From assembly GCA_964514725.1 (NCBI GenBank), contig CAZEUL010000003.1, positions 204,567 to 268,566 of the forward strand: 64,000 bases of DNA. Direction: 5' to 3'. The first letter of the stretch is position 1. Each line of letters begins with the position of its first letter. Below the pieces are notes generated by a model. That model saw nothing but the letters and a program-made list of their open reading frames with translations. It ran no database searches and was not told the origin of the DNA. The position numbers and the translations under genes were made by a program. Below are positions 47,456-57,079 of this stretch, piece after piece. The DNA comes from an uncultured Rikenellaceae bacterium (GTDB lineage Bacteria; Bacteroidota; Bacteroidia; Bacteroidales; VadinHA17).

Positions 47456-48037
47456 TTAAGCTTTTTTAATCTTGTTTACCAGCGCTATAAGATATCCTAA
47501 GGCCATAAAAGCTCCAGGGGCGAGAATAAAAACAAGTATTCCGTCTCCGTTAATGAATTTATAACCAAAAATTGAACCGCTGCCGACAATTTCACGGAAA
47601 GCTCCAAGAATACCAAGAGCCATCGTAAAACCCAACCCCATTCCAAGCCCGTCAATAAAAGATGAGATAACGGTATTTTTACTGGCAAAGGCTTCAGCAC
47701 GTCCCAGGACGATGCAATTTACTACAATGAGAGGAATAAATATACCCAGTGTTTTATACAGATCTGGCACATAGGCTTGCATAATTAAATCGATTATTGT
47801 GACAAATGATGCAATAACAACAATAAAAGCGGGTATTCTTACTTTTGAGGGTATTGTTTTTGCAAGTAATGAGATTACGATATTGGAACCCACAAGTACA
47901 AAAGTTGTTGCAATCCCCATTCCAAGTCCGTTAAGAGAGGATGAGGTTGTTGCCAGTGTAGGGCATGTGCCGAGAACTAGGACAAGGATTGGATTTTCTT
48001 TCAGAAAACCTTTTGTAAAATTCTGTAACTGGTTCAT
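47456..48037 (-). CDS. rnfE: Rnf complex subunit E
   Basis: Start trimmed to ATG 48037 (MNQLQNFTKGFLKENPILVLVLGTCP), giving an ATGA overlap with the rnfG stop. Confidence 0.9.
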   Translation of the reverse strand: MNQLQNFTKGFLKENPILVLVLGTCPTLATTSSSLNGLGMGIATTFVLVGSNIVISLLAKTIPSKVRIPAFIVVIASFVTIIDLIMQAYVPDLYKTLGIFIPLIVVNCIVLGRAEAFASKNTVISSFIDGLGMGLGFTMALGILGAFREIVGSGSIFGYKFINGDGILVFILAPGAFMALGYLIALVNKIKKA

Positions 48038-48609
48038 TTTAAACCTCCTTTCACTAAACAATTATATGCACGCTGAACAGCATCACAAAATGCTCTTGAA
48101 CTTATAGTAGCTGCTGTAATTGCATCAACAGGCCCTCCGTCTTTCTTTACCTTCAGGACAAATTCGGCAGGATTTTTACTCTTGAATTGATCCTTGAAGT
48201 GTGGATCTGACATTTTTGTGCCAAGGCCCGGAGTCTCCTTATGCTCAAGGACAGTAATATCTATAATTGTTCCATCAGGTTTAAATCCGGCCATAAGGCT
48301 GATGTTGCCACTGAAACCTTTTGAAGTGTTTGTGTTTACAGCATATCCCACAATCTCATTGTCTTTTTTTGCGGGATATATTTCAAGACTGTCCCCGTCA
48401 CCTGTAGGAAGAAAATACTTTTCTTCATTTGGATTGTTGTTAAATTCAGGCACCACTTGTTTTATTGCAATTAATTTTTTGTTAAGGTTTGCCATCTCTA
48501 TTGGCTCCTTTGTCAGTTCATAAACAAAACCCAGGCAGGCGGAGGCAACAAGTGATATTATCGTAAGCGATAATACCATATTCTTGAATGTAGATTCAGT
48601 TTTAGCCAT
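48034..48609 (-). CDS. rnfG: Rnf complex subunit G (FMN-binding)
   Basis: 191 aa with an N-terminal TM segment and the FMN attachment-type motif DAITAATISSRA. Confidence 0.85.
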   Translation of the reverse strand: MAKTESTFKNMVLSLTIISLVASACLGFVYELTKEPIEMANLNKKLIAIKQVVPEFNNNPNEEKYFLPTGDGDSLEIYPAKKDNEIVGYAVNTNTSKGFSGNISLMAGFKPDGTIIDITVLEHKETPGLGTKMSDPHFKDQFKSKNPAEFVLKVKKDGGPVDAITAATISSRAFCDAVQRAYNCLVKGGLK

Positions 48610-49603
48610 TTTTCACCTCCTCTCCAAATCGTTTTGGCTTAATATATGCATTCATCAAAGGTACAAAAGCGTTCATTATCAATATAGCAAAAGAGACTCC
48701 TTCAGGATAAGCTCCGAAAACTCTTATAATCACAGTAATGACTCCGATACCACAGCCAAAAATTATCATTGCTTTTGGAACCATTGGAGAAGTTACATAA
48801 TCAGTAGCCATGAAAATTGCCCCCAGAAGCACGCCTCCTGCAAGTATATGAAACAAAGGATCAGCATTCTTATCAGGATTTATCAGCCATAGCAGAGTTG
48901 TAAATATTGCCATACTACCAACAACTGAAACGGGAATATGCCATGTGATTACCTTTTTTATGAGAAGGTATATAAATCCTATCAATAGAGCTACAGCTGC
49001 CACTTCACCCATTGAACCACCCATATCACCCAGAAACATCTGGGCAGGGGTAGGCACTTTTTCCATAAGCTGAGAAAGTGATTCTCCGTTCTTAAGTCCT
49101 TCTTTTATTATTCCTAGAGGTGTTGCACCGGTCACTGCATCTGCATATTCTGTACTCAATCCCTTTGGTAAAGGCCACGTAGTCATCTGGACTGGGAATG
49201 AAATAAGCAAAAAAACCCGGCCGACCAGCGCCGGATTAAAAGGATTATTGCCAAGCCCTCCAAATGTCATTTTCCCAACTCCTATTGAAATGAAGCTTCC
49301 TATAATGACTATAAATATGGGCAAATTTGACGGTAGATTCAGAGCAAGAAGCAAACCTGTAACCAGAGCTGAACCATCAGTGATCGAAAGGGGCTTATTA
49401 AGCATATACCTCTGAATCAGGTACTCAAAAAGAAGGCAGGATACAACGGAGGTTACGGTTACAATTATTGCCCCAATTCCAAAATAAAAAACTGAAGTAA
49501 ATAGTGCCGGCAGAAGAGCAACCACAACATTCAGCATCAGTTTTTGTGTCGTTTCTTTTCCATGAATATGGGGAGACGCAGATACATTTAGAAGATTACT
49601 CAT
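48602..49603 (-). CDS. rnfD: Rnf complex subunit D
   Basis: 333-aa polytopic protein with SPHIH and DAVTGATPLG motifs. Confidence 0.9.
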   Translation of the reverse strand: MSNLLNVSASPHIHGKETTQKLMLNVVVALLPALFTSVFYFGIGAIIVTVTSVVSCLLFEYLIQRYMLNKPLSITDGSALVTGLLLALNLPSNLPIFIVIIGSFISIGVGKMTFGGLGNNPFNPALVGRVFLLISFPVQMTTWPLPKGLSTEYADAVTGATPLGIIKEGLKNGESLSQLMEKVPTPAQMFLGDMGGSMGEVAAVALLIGFIYLLIKKVITWHIPVSVVGSMAIFTTLLWLINPDKNADPLFHILAGGVLLGAIFMATDYVTSPMVPKAMIIFGCGIGVITVIIRVFGAYPEGVSFAILIMNAFVPLMNAYIKPKRFGEEVKNG

Positions 49604-49618
49604 ATTCTCAGATATCCT

Positions 49619-50956
49619 TTATTTAAGGTTTCTTTCACGCATCATCTTTATAACTTTCGATTTCCCTAACCTGATATAATCAAGCAAGGGTCGGTTTGAA
49701 GGACATGTGAAACTGCAGCATCCACATTCAATACAATCAGTAATTCTCTCTTTCTCAGCCTTTTCAAACATGCTTCTTTCAGACAAAGTCATCAATAAGT
49801 ATGGCTCAAGTCTGATAGGACAAACAGAAAGACATTTTGCACATCTTATGCATGGTTCAACAAGGTTCCTTACTGATTCATTGTCAGGGATAACGATAAC
49901 ACCTGACATGCCTTTCACTATTGGTACATCAGTGTTGATTACAGCTTTTCCCATCATAGGACCCCCGTTAATTATCTTTCCTGTATTGTCAGGAAGACCT
50001 CCGGCCGCAGAAATAAGGTATTTTAACGGAGTTCCGATTCTGACAAAATAGTTTCCGGGGTTCGAGAGAGACTTTCCGGATACAGTGACAACCCTTTCAA
50101 AAAGGGGTTTGTTTTTCTGTACTGCTTCATATACAGCAAATGCAGTACCTACATTATGCACAACAGCACCTACATCAAGGGGCAACCGTCCTGAGGGTAC
50201 TTCTCTTTTTATCAGGGCTCTTATAAGTTGTTTTTCAGCGCCCTGCGGATACTTCACTTTTAAGGGGTGGACACTAATGCCCTTATACCCCGAAATAATC
50301 CTTTCGATATTCGTTATAGCATCCGGCTTGTTCCTTTCAATTCCAATCAAAGCTCTTTCAACCCTCAGAGCTTTCATGAGGATTTTTATCCCGATTATAA
50401 TTTCTTCACCTTTCTCCAACATCAGCCTGTGATCGGAAGTGAGGTACGGTTCACACTCTACACCATTTATTATCAGAACATCGCATTTCTTTCCGGTAGG
50501 GATACTTAATTTTACATGAGTTGGAAATGTAGCACCACCAAGTCCAACAATTCCTGATTCCTGGCATTTTTTTATTATCTCCTCAGGTGACAGAACTGAC
50601 TCCTTTTTTATTTCGACACTCCTGTCAATAGACTCAATCCATTCATCTCCAATAACATCAATAAAAACAGCAGTTTGTTTAAAACCTGTACCGTCTACAA
50701 TAAAATCAATCTTGTTAACTTTTCCTGACACCGAGGAATGTACATTAGCGGAAACAAATCCATTGCCAGCCGCTATCAATTGTCCCACTTTTACACTTTC
50801 ACCCCTGGAGACAGTAGGAACTGCAGGAGCACCTATATGCTGAGAAACAGGAATGACCGCCGTTTCAGGTAAAGGAAGATACTTTATTGGAATATCGGCA
50901 GTTATCTTATTTTCAGGAGGGTGAACACCTCCTGCCGGAAATGTTTTTAACACCAT
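49619..50956 (-). CDS. rnfC: Rnf complex subunit C (NADH-binding, 2x[4Fe-4S])
   Basis: 445 aa. GLGGATFPTHVK, CIRCAKCLSVCP and CIECGCCSFTCP. Confidence 0.9.
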   Translation of the reverse strand: MVLKTFPAGGVHPPENKITADIPIKYLPLPETAVIPVSQHIGAPAVPTVSRGESVKVGQLIAAGNGFVSANVHSSVSGKVNKIDFIVDGTGFKQTAVFIDVIGDEWIESIDRSVEIKKESVLSPEEIIKKCQESGIVGLGGATFPTHVKLSIPTGKKCDVLIINGVECEPYLTSDHRLMLEKGEEIIIGIKILMKALRVERALIGIERNKPDAITNIERIISGYKGISVHPLKVKYPQGAEKQLIRALIKREVPSGRLPLDVGAVVHNVGTAFAVYEAVQKNKPLFERVVTVSGKSLSNPGNYFVRIGTPLKYLISAAGGLPDNTGKIINGGPMMGKAVINTDVPIVKGMSGVIVIPDNESVRNLVEPCIRCAKCLSVCPIRLEPYLLMTLSERSMFEKAEKERITDCIECGCCSFTCPSNRPLLDYIRLGKSKVIKMMRERNLK

Positions 50957-50981
50957 TCAGATATGTGATTTAATATAAAAA

Positions 50982-51845
50982 TCATACACTTGCAGTTTCA
51001 GCCTGTGTCTCCAACTTTGGTTTTCGTGGAGGGAAGTTTATCTCAACTATCGAATTTGTTGGACATTCTACAACACATTTCCGACAGAAAGTACATTTTC
51101 GCGAATCAATGTAAGCAAGGTTATTTTCAATTTTAATTGCATCGAATTCACATACCTTGACGCATTTACCACATGCTATACATGCTACTTTACAAGCCTT
51201 TCTGGCAGGACCTCCCTTATCACAGTTCGAGCAGGCAACATATATTTTCCTGTCTTTTTTTGCTTTCTTTCTTAATTCAATAAGATTTCTGGGGCATGCT
51301 TTTACACATAGACCACAAGAAACACATTTTTCATCGATTATAACAGGTAATCTGGTTAAACTGTCCATGTACATTGCACCGAATGTGCATGCCCTTACAC
51401 AATCCCCATCCCCAAGACATCCATAACTGCAATCGGTTTCACCTATATAAAGAAGGTGAGAAATACGACACTCTGAAATACCGTTATAATGCGAAGTTTT
51501 TGCCCTAAATTCGGGTGTGCCGTTACAAAGCAATACGGCTACTGTCGGATCAACAACACCTGCAGTCTTTCCAAGGATCTTGGCTGCTTCTTCCATAACA
51601 GGAGCACCTCCCACAGGGCAATACAATCCCTCAAATGTGTCAGCCTTAACAAGCGCTTCAGCCAGATTCCTGCACCCAGCAAAGCCACATCCGCCGCAAT
51701 TTGCAGCAGGCAGAACTGCCTGAACCTCATCAATCTTTGGATCTTCATATACCTTGAATCGCTGAGCAACAAAGTATAAAATAACTGCAGAAAACAGGGC
51801 TAGTAAACTTAAACTGATTATTGTAATTATAACAGTGGAACTCAT
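50982..51845 (-). CDS. rnfB: Rnf complex subunit B (polyferredoxin)
   Basis: N-terminal TM anchor, CGGCGFAGC, and several CxxCxxCxxxCP motifs. Start trimmed to ATG 51845 because the track start is a TTG. It overlaps the upstream stop as TGATG. Confidence 0.9.
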   Translation of the reverse strand: MSSTVIITIISLSLLALFSAVILYFVAQRFKVYEDPKIDEVQAVLPAANCGGCGFAGCRNLAEALVKADTFEGLYCPVGGAPVMEEAAKILGKTAGVVDPTVAVLLCNGTPEFRAKTSHYNGISECRISHLLYIGETDCSYGCLGDGDCVRACTFGAMYMDSLTRLPVIIDEKCVSCGLCVKACPRNLIELRKKAKKDRKIYVACSNCDKGGPARKACKVACIACGKCVKVCEFDAIKIENNLAYIDSRKCTFCRKCVVECPTNSIVEINFPPRKPKLETQAETASV

Positions 51846-52270
51846 CAATTATCTTTTATACTGAATTTAAAACTCTTGCTTATACGATTCCTAAATAAAT
51901 AGAGAATCAAATAATAGGGTCCAAGAGCTGCTATAGAAATAATTCCTGCAGCTAATTCATTAATGCCAAATGAATTAAGGACTATTAAAAGAAGAACCAT
52001 GATTATCAGTGGCAACAGATAGCTTATAATTACCGCTTTGAATCCCATTGATTCATGCATAACTACTGTAACATTTTCACCGGCAGCAACATTAAATCTG
52101 CCTGATATATTAATAATCTTTTCCTCCCTGCCAGAAAGACTGCAATAACTTTCTGCATGACATCCAGCACAGGCAGGTACTGAAGATATTCTGACTTCAA
52201 TTGAATCTTTTTCGACTTTCTGCACCGTACCCTCATGCTGAATTGTTCCAGGTGAACCTTTTGCTTTCAT
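51845..52270 (-). CDS. rseC: RseC/SoxR-reducing-system family small membrane protein, first gene of the rnf operon
   Basis: 141 aa. It has an N-terminal Cys-containing domain (PACAGCHAESYC) and two C-terminal TM helices. Its position before rnfB matches other Bacteroidota rnf operons. Confidence 0.7.
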   Translation of the reverse strand: MKAKGSPGTIQHEGTVQKVEKDSIEVRISSVPACAGCHAESYCSLSGREEKIINISGRFNVAAGENVTVVMHESMGFKAVIISYLLPLIIMVLLLIVLNSFGINELAAGIISIAALGPYYLILYLFRNRISKSFKFSIKDN

Positions 52271-52298
52271 TATTAAATCACGGTGTATTTGAAGTCGG

Positions 52299-52306
52299 CA
52301 AATTTA
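52299..52306 (-). promoter_or_regulatory. Bacteroidota-type -7 promoter box (TAAATTTG on the minus strand) upstream of the rseC-rnf operon
   Basis: Exact TAnnTTTG match about 29 nt upstream of ATG 52270. No clear -33 TTTG was seen. Confidence 0.35.
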
Positions 52307-52387
52307 TAAAACCTTTAAAAATTGTTCCTGCTTTTTATCAGATTTTGGAAACTGATACTTTATTTATAATGATTCTAAATTGGCAGG

Positions 52388-54493
52388 TCAGCTTATATTG
52401 CTCCATGATTGCTTAATACCAAAGAGTCTTTTAAGTTCAATATTAAGGATTTGATTTCCAGGATCTTCAAGTTTTGGATCAATTTCAAGTATTCCTTCGG
52501 CTATATTCCTTACATATTCGATTAACTGCCCGTCTTTACCTAAATTTGCAATCTTCAGATCGAAAGGTATTCCGCTTTGCATCGTTCCTTCTATATCTCC
52601 CGGACCTCTTAGCTGAAGATCGGTTTCGGCAATTTCAAAGCCATCGTTTGTCCTGATCATCACCTCAATTCTCTTTGCGGCTTCTTTAGAAATCTTATCT
52701 GCACTCATCAGGATACAATATGACTGCTCTGCCCCCCGACCGACTCTGCCTCTCAGTTGGTGAAGCTGTGAAAGTCCAAATCTTTCAGCACTTTCTATTA
52801 CCATGACAGTTGCATTCGGAATATCAACTCCAACTTCTATAACAGTAGTAGCTACAAGTATGTGAGCAAATCCCTCCTTAAACAGTCTCATTGATGCTTC
52901 CTTTTCTGAAGGACTCATCTTCCCGTGCACTATACTTACGCAGTACTCCGGAGCGGGAAAGACTCTCGTAATTGTATCCCATCCATCTTCCAGGTCTTTG
53001 TAATCCATTTTTTCTGACTCTTTTATCAATGGATAAACAATAAAGATCTGCCGGCCTGCTTTTATCTGATTTCTTAAAAATCCGAAAACCTTATTTCTTT
53101 CTGATTCAACAAAGTGCATGGTTTTTATCGGCATTCTTCCTGGAGGAAGTTCATCGATTACTGAAACATCCAGATCACCATAAAGTGTCATTGCAAGTGT
53201 CCGTGGAATAGGAGTGGCGGTCATAACCAGCACATGAGGAGGATTGGAGCTTTTTTCCCATAGCTTTGCTCTTTGTGCGACACCGAACCTGTGTTGTTCA
53301 TCAATAATTACAAGACCAAGGTTGTTAAACTGGACATTTTCCTCAATCAGTGCATGAGTGCCAATAAGGATATTTAGTGAGCTGTTTCGTAATGATTCAT
53401 CAATATTTTTTCTTGAACTCTTTCCTGATGATCCCGTCAGCAACTTTACATTCAAATTAATGCCGTTCAGTAACCGCGAAATAGTCTGGTAATGCTGGAA
53501 TGCCAGAATCTCGGTAGGTGCCATGAGGCAAGTCTGATAACCATTGTCGATTGCAATGAGCATGCACATAAGTGCAACAAGGGTTTTCCCGCTTCCAACA
53601 TCTCCCTGAAGAAGTCGGTTCATCTGTTTTCCTGATCCCAGATCCTTTCTTATCTCCTTTATAACTCTCTTCTGAGCATTTGTAAGTGAAAAAGGAAGAT
53701 AGTTATAATAAAAACTGTTGAAATAATGGCCTACGTTCGAGAAAACGAACCCCTTGTTTTTAAGGCTCCTGTTAGTTTTGAATCTTAAAAGGTTAAGTTG
53801 TATATAAAATAATTCTTCAAATTTAAACCTATACCTTGACTTCTCCATTTCATCGTGATTTGCCGGAAAATGCACTTTGAAAAGTGCTTCATGGAGGTCC
53901 ATTAATTTGTATCTTGAAACGATCTGGGCAGGAAGTGTCTCAGGAATTCTGAATTTTATTTGTCGCAGCAGATTACCTGTAAGGGTGCTTATTGTTTTTG
54001 ATGTAATAAAGTGATTTTTAAGTATTTCTGTGGTACTGTACTGAGCCTGGAGTCCTGAAACTATACGTTTTGCGACTTTTTCGGCAGGTTCTATCTCAGG
54101 GTGTATAATGTTTATAAGACCATTGAAAACACCAGGCTTTCCGAATACTATATATTCAACACCGGGGAGATAGGTTGTAGTTATCCATTTTGTGCCTTTA
54201 AACCAGACCAGCTTTATACTGCCTGTTTCATCTTGAAAATCAGCAACCAACCTCTTACCCGTACCAATCCCCTCGGTTGAATAGCCTGCAATTGTACCTT
54301 TGATCTGGACAAACGGAAAATCAGGGTCAAGTTCAGAAATTTTGTAAAACTTGGTCCTGTCAATATATTTATAAGGGAAATAATAGAGCAGATCCCTGTA
54401 AGTGTATATACCGATCTCCTTTCCAAGCAGTTCTGCACGTTTGGGTCCTACCCCTGACAAATAGGTGATATTGGTATCAAGAAATTCCTGCAT
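52388..54493 (-). CDS. recG: ATP-dependent DNA helicase RecG
   Basis: 701 aa with a wedge domain, Walker A GDVGSGKT, and DEQHRFG. Confidence 0.95.
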   Translation of the reverse strand: MQEFLDTNITYLSGVGPKRAELLGKEIGIYTYRDLLYYFPYKYIDRTKFYKISELDPDFPFVQIKGTIAGYSTEGIGTGKRLVADFQDETGSIKLVWFKGTKWITTTYLPGVEYIVFGKPGVFNGLINIIHPEIEPAEKVAKRIVSGLQAQYSTTEILKNHFITSKTISTLTGNLLRQIKFRIPETLPAQIVSRYKLMDLHEALFKVHFPANHDEMEKSRYRFKFEELFYIQLNLLRFKTNRSLKNKGFVFSNVGHYFNSFYYNYLPFSLTNAQKRVIKEIRKDLGSGKQMNRLLQGDVGSGKTLVALMCMLIAIDNGYQTCLMAPTEILAFQHYQTISRLLNGINLNVKLLTGSSGKSSRKNIDESLRNSSLNILIGTHALIEENVQFNNLGLVIIDEQHRFGVAQRAKLWEKSSNPPHVLVMTATPIPRTLAMTLYGDLDVSVIDELPPGRMPIKTMHFVESERNKVFGFLRNQIKAGRQIFIVYPLIKESEKMDYKDLEDGWDTITRVFPAPEYCVSIVHGKMSPSEKEASMRLFKEGFAHILVATTVIEVGVDIPNATVMVIESAERFGLSQLHQLRGRVGRGAEQSYCILMSADKISKEAAKRIEVMIRTNDGFEIAETDLQLRGPGDIEGTMQSGIPFDLKIANLGKDGQLIEYVRNIAEGILEIDPKLEDPGNQILNIELKRLFGIKQSWSNIS

Positions 54494-54613
54494 AAAATGA
54501 TTTCAGACCATTAATCATTTGTTTCGGTATCTGTAATAAATTTCTGATCTTACAGATATCCTAAAATACTTATTTTTGAAGACCTGACCTAAAAATATTT
54601 ACTTGCTTCATTT

Positions 54614-55402
54614 ATGGAAATTTTTACAGTACTAAAATATGTTTCATATCTCGCAAAATCAAAATATTATAAAGGATATGGCATACACAGTCCTTTTATT
54701 TTCAGCCTCGTTTCAGAAATATTTCAGAATAAAACTGATCCGGAAATTGTCTTTAAGATAGAAGAGGTAAGAAATAAATTAAGCAACGATAACAGATCAG
54801 TTTTGGTTAATGATCTGGGGGTTGGGTCAAAGAAAATGAGATCAAGAGAAAGAAAAATTGCTGATATAGTCAGATATACTGCAATTCCCCGCAAATACGG
54901 AAAATTGCTTTACAATCTTTCTTCTGCATTCGGCGATGAACTTATTATTGAGTTTGGAACTTCACTGGGAATAAGCACAATGTATATGGCTGCCGGCAGT
55001 CGGAATGCCACAATATTTACCATGGAGGGCTGCAGGGTATTGTCAGATATAGCAATCAAAAATTTCAGGGAATGCGGATTATCAAACATAATACTAATCA
55101 CTGGTGATTTTAATGACCTAATACAACAGATCAGGAACCTTAATAAATGTCCGGGTCTGATTTTCATTGATGGTAATCACAGGAAAGATCCAACAATTAA
55201 CTACTTTAACCGGATGGCTGAAATTTCAGGTGATGATACGGTAATCGTTTTTGATGATATTTATGGATCAAGGGAAATGGCTGATGCATGGCATTATATT
55301 AAAAATGATGTCAGGGTTACTTCTTCTGTAGATATATTTAAAATGGGTCTGATTTTTTTCCGAAAGGGACTAACACCATATAATTATGAGGTCAGGTATT
55401 AA
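54614..55402 (+). CDS. class I SAM-dependent methyltransferase (putative)
   Basis: 262 aa. IIEFGTSLGISTMYMA is motif-I-like, with IFIDGNH and VFDDI. Family-level call. Confidence 0.6.
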   Translation: MEIFTVLKYVSYLAKSKYYKGYGIHSPFIFSLVSEIFQNKTDPEIVFKIEEVRNKLSNDNRSVLVNDLGVGSKKMRSRERKIADIVRYTAIPRKYGKLLYNLSSAFGDELIIEFGTSLGISTMYMAAGSRNATIFTMEGCRVLSDIAIKNFRECGLSNIILITGDFNDLIQQIRNLNKCPGLIFIDGNHRKDPTINYFNRMAEISGDDTVIVFDDIYGSREMADAWHYIKNDVRVTSSVDIFKMGLIFFRKGLTPYNYEVRY

Positions 55403-55474
55403 CAAAAATTAATCTTATAAAATTCCTAATTTGATATAATTAGTCTAATTTCGAACCCGTTAAAACAATAAGGT

Positions 55475-56185
55475 ATGAATAAAGTCATTGAAATCCATGA
55501 TATTGTCAAGAATTATCTGGTGGGATCAGTTATAGTTAGAGCTTTAAGATCTGTATCCCTAACAATTGAAAAAAATGAATATGTTGCAATTATGGGGCCA
55601 TCCGGGTCGGGTAAATCTACTCTGATGAACCTGCTTGGCTGCCTTGATACTCCGACAAGTGGTACTTATATTCTGAATGGTACTGATGTCAGTAAAATGG
55701 AAGATGATTTTCTTGCCGAAATAAGGAACAAGGAAATCGGATTTGTTTTTCAGACATTCAATCTTTTACCTCGATATACTGCTCTGGAAAATGTCATGCT
55801 GCCATTAATCTATGCAGGATTACCGAAAGCGGAAAGAGAAAAGGTTGCTAAAGAAACGCTTGAACAGGTAGGCCTGGGTGACAGAATGAATCATAAACCG
55901 AATGAGCTCTCTGGAGGGCAAAGACAGCGTGTTGCTATTGCCAGGGCTTTGGTAAATAAACCTTCTATAATCCTGGCTGATGAACCAACCGGTAACCTCG
56001 ACAGTAAAACATCAATTGATATTATGGGGCTCCTTGACGAAATCCACCGTAATGGAAACACGGTAATTGTTGTGACTCATGAAGAAGATATCGCCAACCA
56101 TGCTGCACGGATAATACGTCTTCTCGATGGAACAATACACCAGGATCATTTAAATGAAAAATACAAACATGCAGTTGTATCATAA
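55475..56185 (+). CDS. ABC transporter ATP-binding protein (MacB/LolD-like)
   Basis: 236 aa. Walker A is GPSGSGKST, the signature is LSGGQRQR, and Walker B is ILADEPT. No permease gene is adjacent. Confidence 0.9.
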   Translation: MNKVIEIHDIVKNYLVGSVIVRALRSVSLTIEKNEYVAIMGPSGSGKSTLMNLLGCLDTPTSGTYILNGTDVSKMEDDFLAEIRNKEIGFVFQTFNLLPRYTALENVMLPLIYAGLPKAEREKVAKETLEQVGLGDRMNHKPNELSGGQRQRVAIARALVNKPSIILADEPTGNLDSKTSIDIMGLLDEIHRNGNTVIVVTHEEDIANHAARIIRLLDGTIHQDHLNEKYKHAVVS

Positions 56186-56222
56186 TAAGAACCTCGGGAG
56201 TTAAGAATACATTAAGCAAATC

Positions 56223-56759
56223 ATGAAAATCTACACCAGAACCGGTGATGGTGGTAAAACCTCACTCGCTGGGGGGAAAAGGGTTCCCAAATCCCATCCG
56301 AAGATTGAAGCCTGTGGAAATGTTGACGAACTTATATCCTGGATAGGTCTTTTGAAAGATTTTCAAGAGAATATGGACAGGAGGAAAATATTCCTGTATA
56401 TACAGGATCAGCTTATGAGATGTGCATTTGTACTCGCTTCTGAGCAAATAAAAGACAAAAAAGTCCTGCCTGATAAAGATTGTGTGAAAATGCTTGAAGA
56501 TGAAATTGATAAAATGGAATTATCTCTCCAGCCACTTCAAAATTTTATATTGCCAGGAGGAAACATTGTTGTATCTTATTGTCATATTGCCCGTTGTGTA
56601 TGCAGAAGAGCCGAAAGAGCCGTTGCAAGACTGGATTCGGTTGATGAGGTCCCGGATTTGATTAAAAAATTCCTTAACCGGCTTGCGGACTATTTATTCA
56701 TGCTCTCCCGTTTTATTGGTTTAGAGCTTGGTATTCATGAGATTAAGTGGACAGTTTGA
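56223..56759 (+). CDS. ATP:cob(I)alamin adenosyltransferase, PduO-type
   Basis: 178 aa. MKIYTRTGDGGKTSLAGGKRVPK is the canonical N-terminus. Confidence 0.88.
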   Translation: MKIYTRTGDGGKTSLAGGKRVPKSHPKIEACGNVDELISWIGLLKDFQENMDRRKIFLYIQDQLMRCAFVLASEQIKDKKVLPDKDCVKMLEDEIDKMELSLQPLQNFILPGGNIVVSYCHIARCVCRRAERAVARLDSVDEVPDLIKKFLNRLADYLFMLSRFIGLELGIHEIKWTV

Positions 56760-56809
56760 TTTGTATAAAAAGTTAAAAATGGGTATTGTTATTTATATAA
56801 AATAATATA

Positions 56810-56817
56810 TATATTTG
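56810..56817 (+). promoter_or_regulatory. Bacteroidota-type -7 promoter box (TATATTTG) upstream of the DUF2795 gene
   Basis: Exact TAnnTTTG match 34 nt upstream of ATG 56851. It overlaps the TTG used as the start by the ORF track, which argues for the downstream ATG. Confidence 0.35.
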
Positions 56818-56850
56818 CACACTTTGTCAAACTATAATACAACAGTTGAA

Positions 56851-57072
56851 ATGTACTGGACACTTGAATTAGCATCAAAACTTGAAGATGCACCATGGCC
56901 TGCAACCAAGGATGAGCTGATTGATTTCGCCATTAGATCAGGTGCTCCAATGGAGGTTATCGAAAACTTGCAGGAGATTGAAGATGAGGGTGATATTTAT
57001 GAAAGTATAGAAGATATCTGGCCGGATTATCCCAGCAAGGATGATTTCTTTTTCAACGAAGATGAATATTGA
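56851..57072 (+). CDS. DUF2795-family small protein
   Basis: Trimmed to ATG 56851 (73 aa). PWPATKDELIDFAIRSGAPMEVIENLQEI is typical of DUF2795. Confidence 0.7.
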   Translation: MYWTLELASKLEDAPWPATKDELIDFAIRSGAPMEVIENLQEIEDEGDIYESIEDIWPDYPSKDDFFFNEDEY

Positions 57073-57079
57073 TCAGAAT

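Noticed and set aside
48041-48621. Strong SD-like sequences inside the rnf operon: AGGAGGTG ahead of the rnfG ATG (plus-strand CACCTCCT at 48614-48621) and GGAGG ahead of the rnfE ATG (CCTCC at 48044-48048).
   Set aside because: Both lie within the 3' coding sequence of the preceding gene, for example the EEV codons of rnfD. The other rnf starts I inspected (rnfA, rnfC, rnfD) lack them. I cannot separate these from coding constraint, so I note them only as context for the intergenic SD at 3849-3855.
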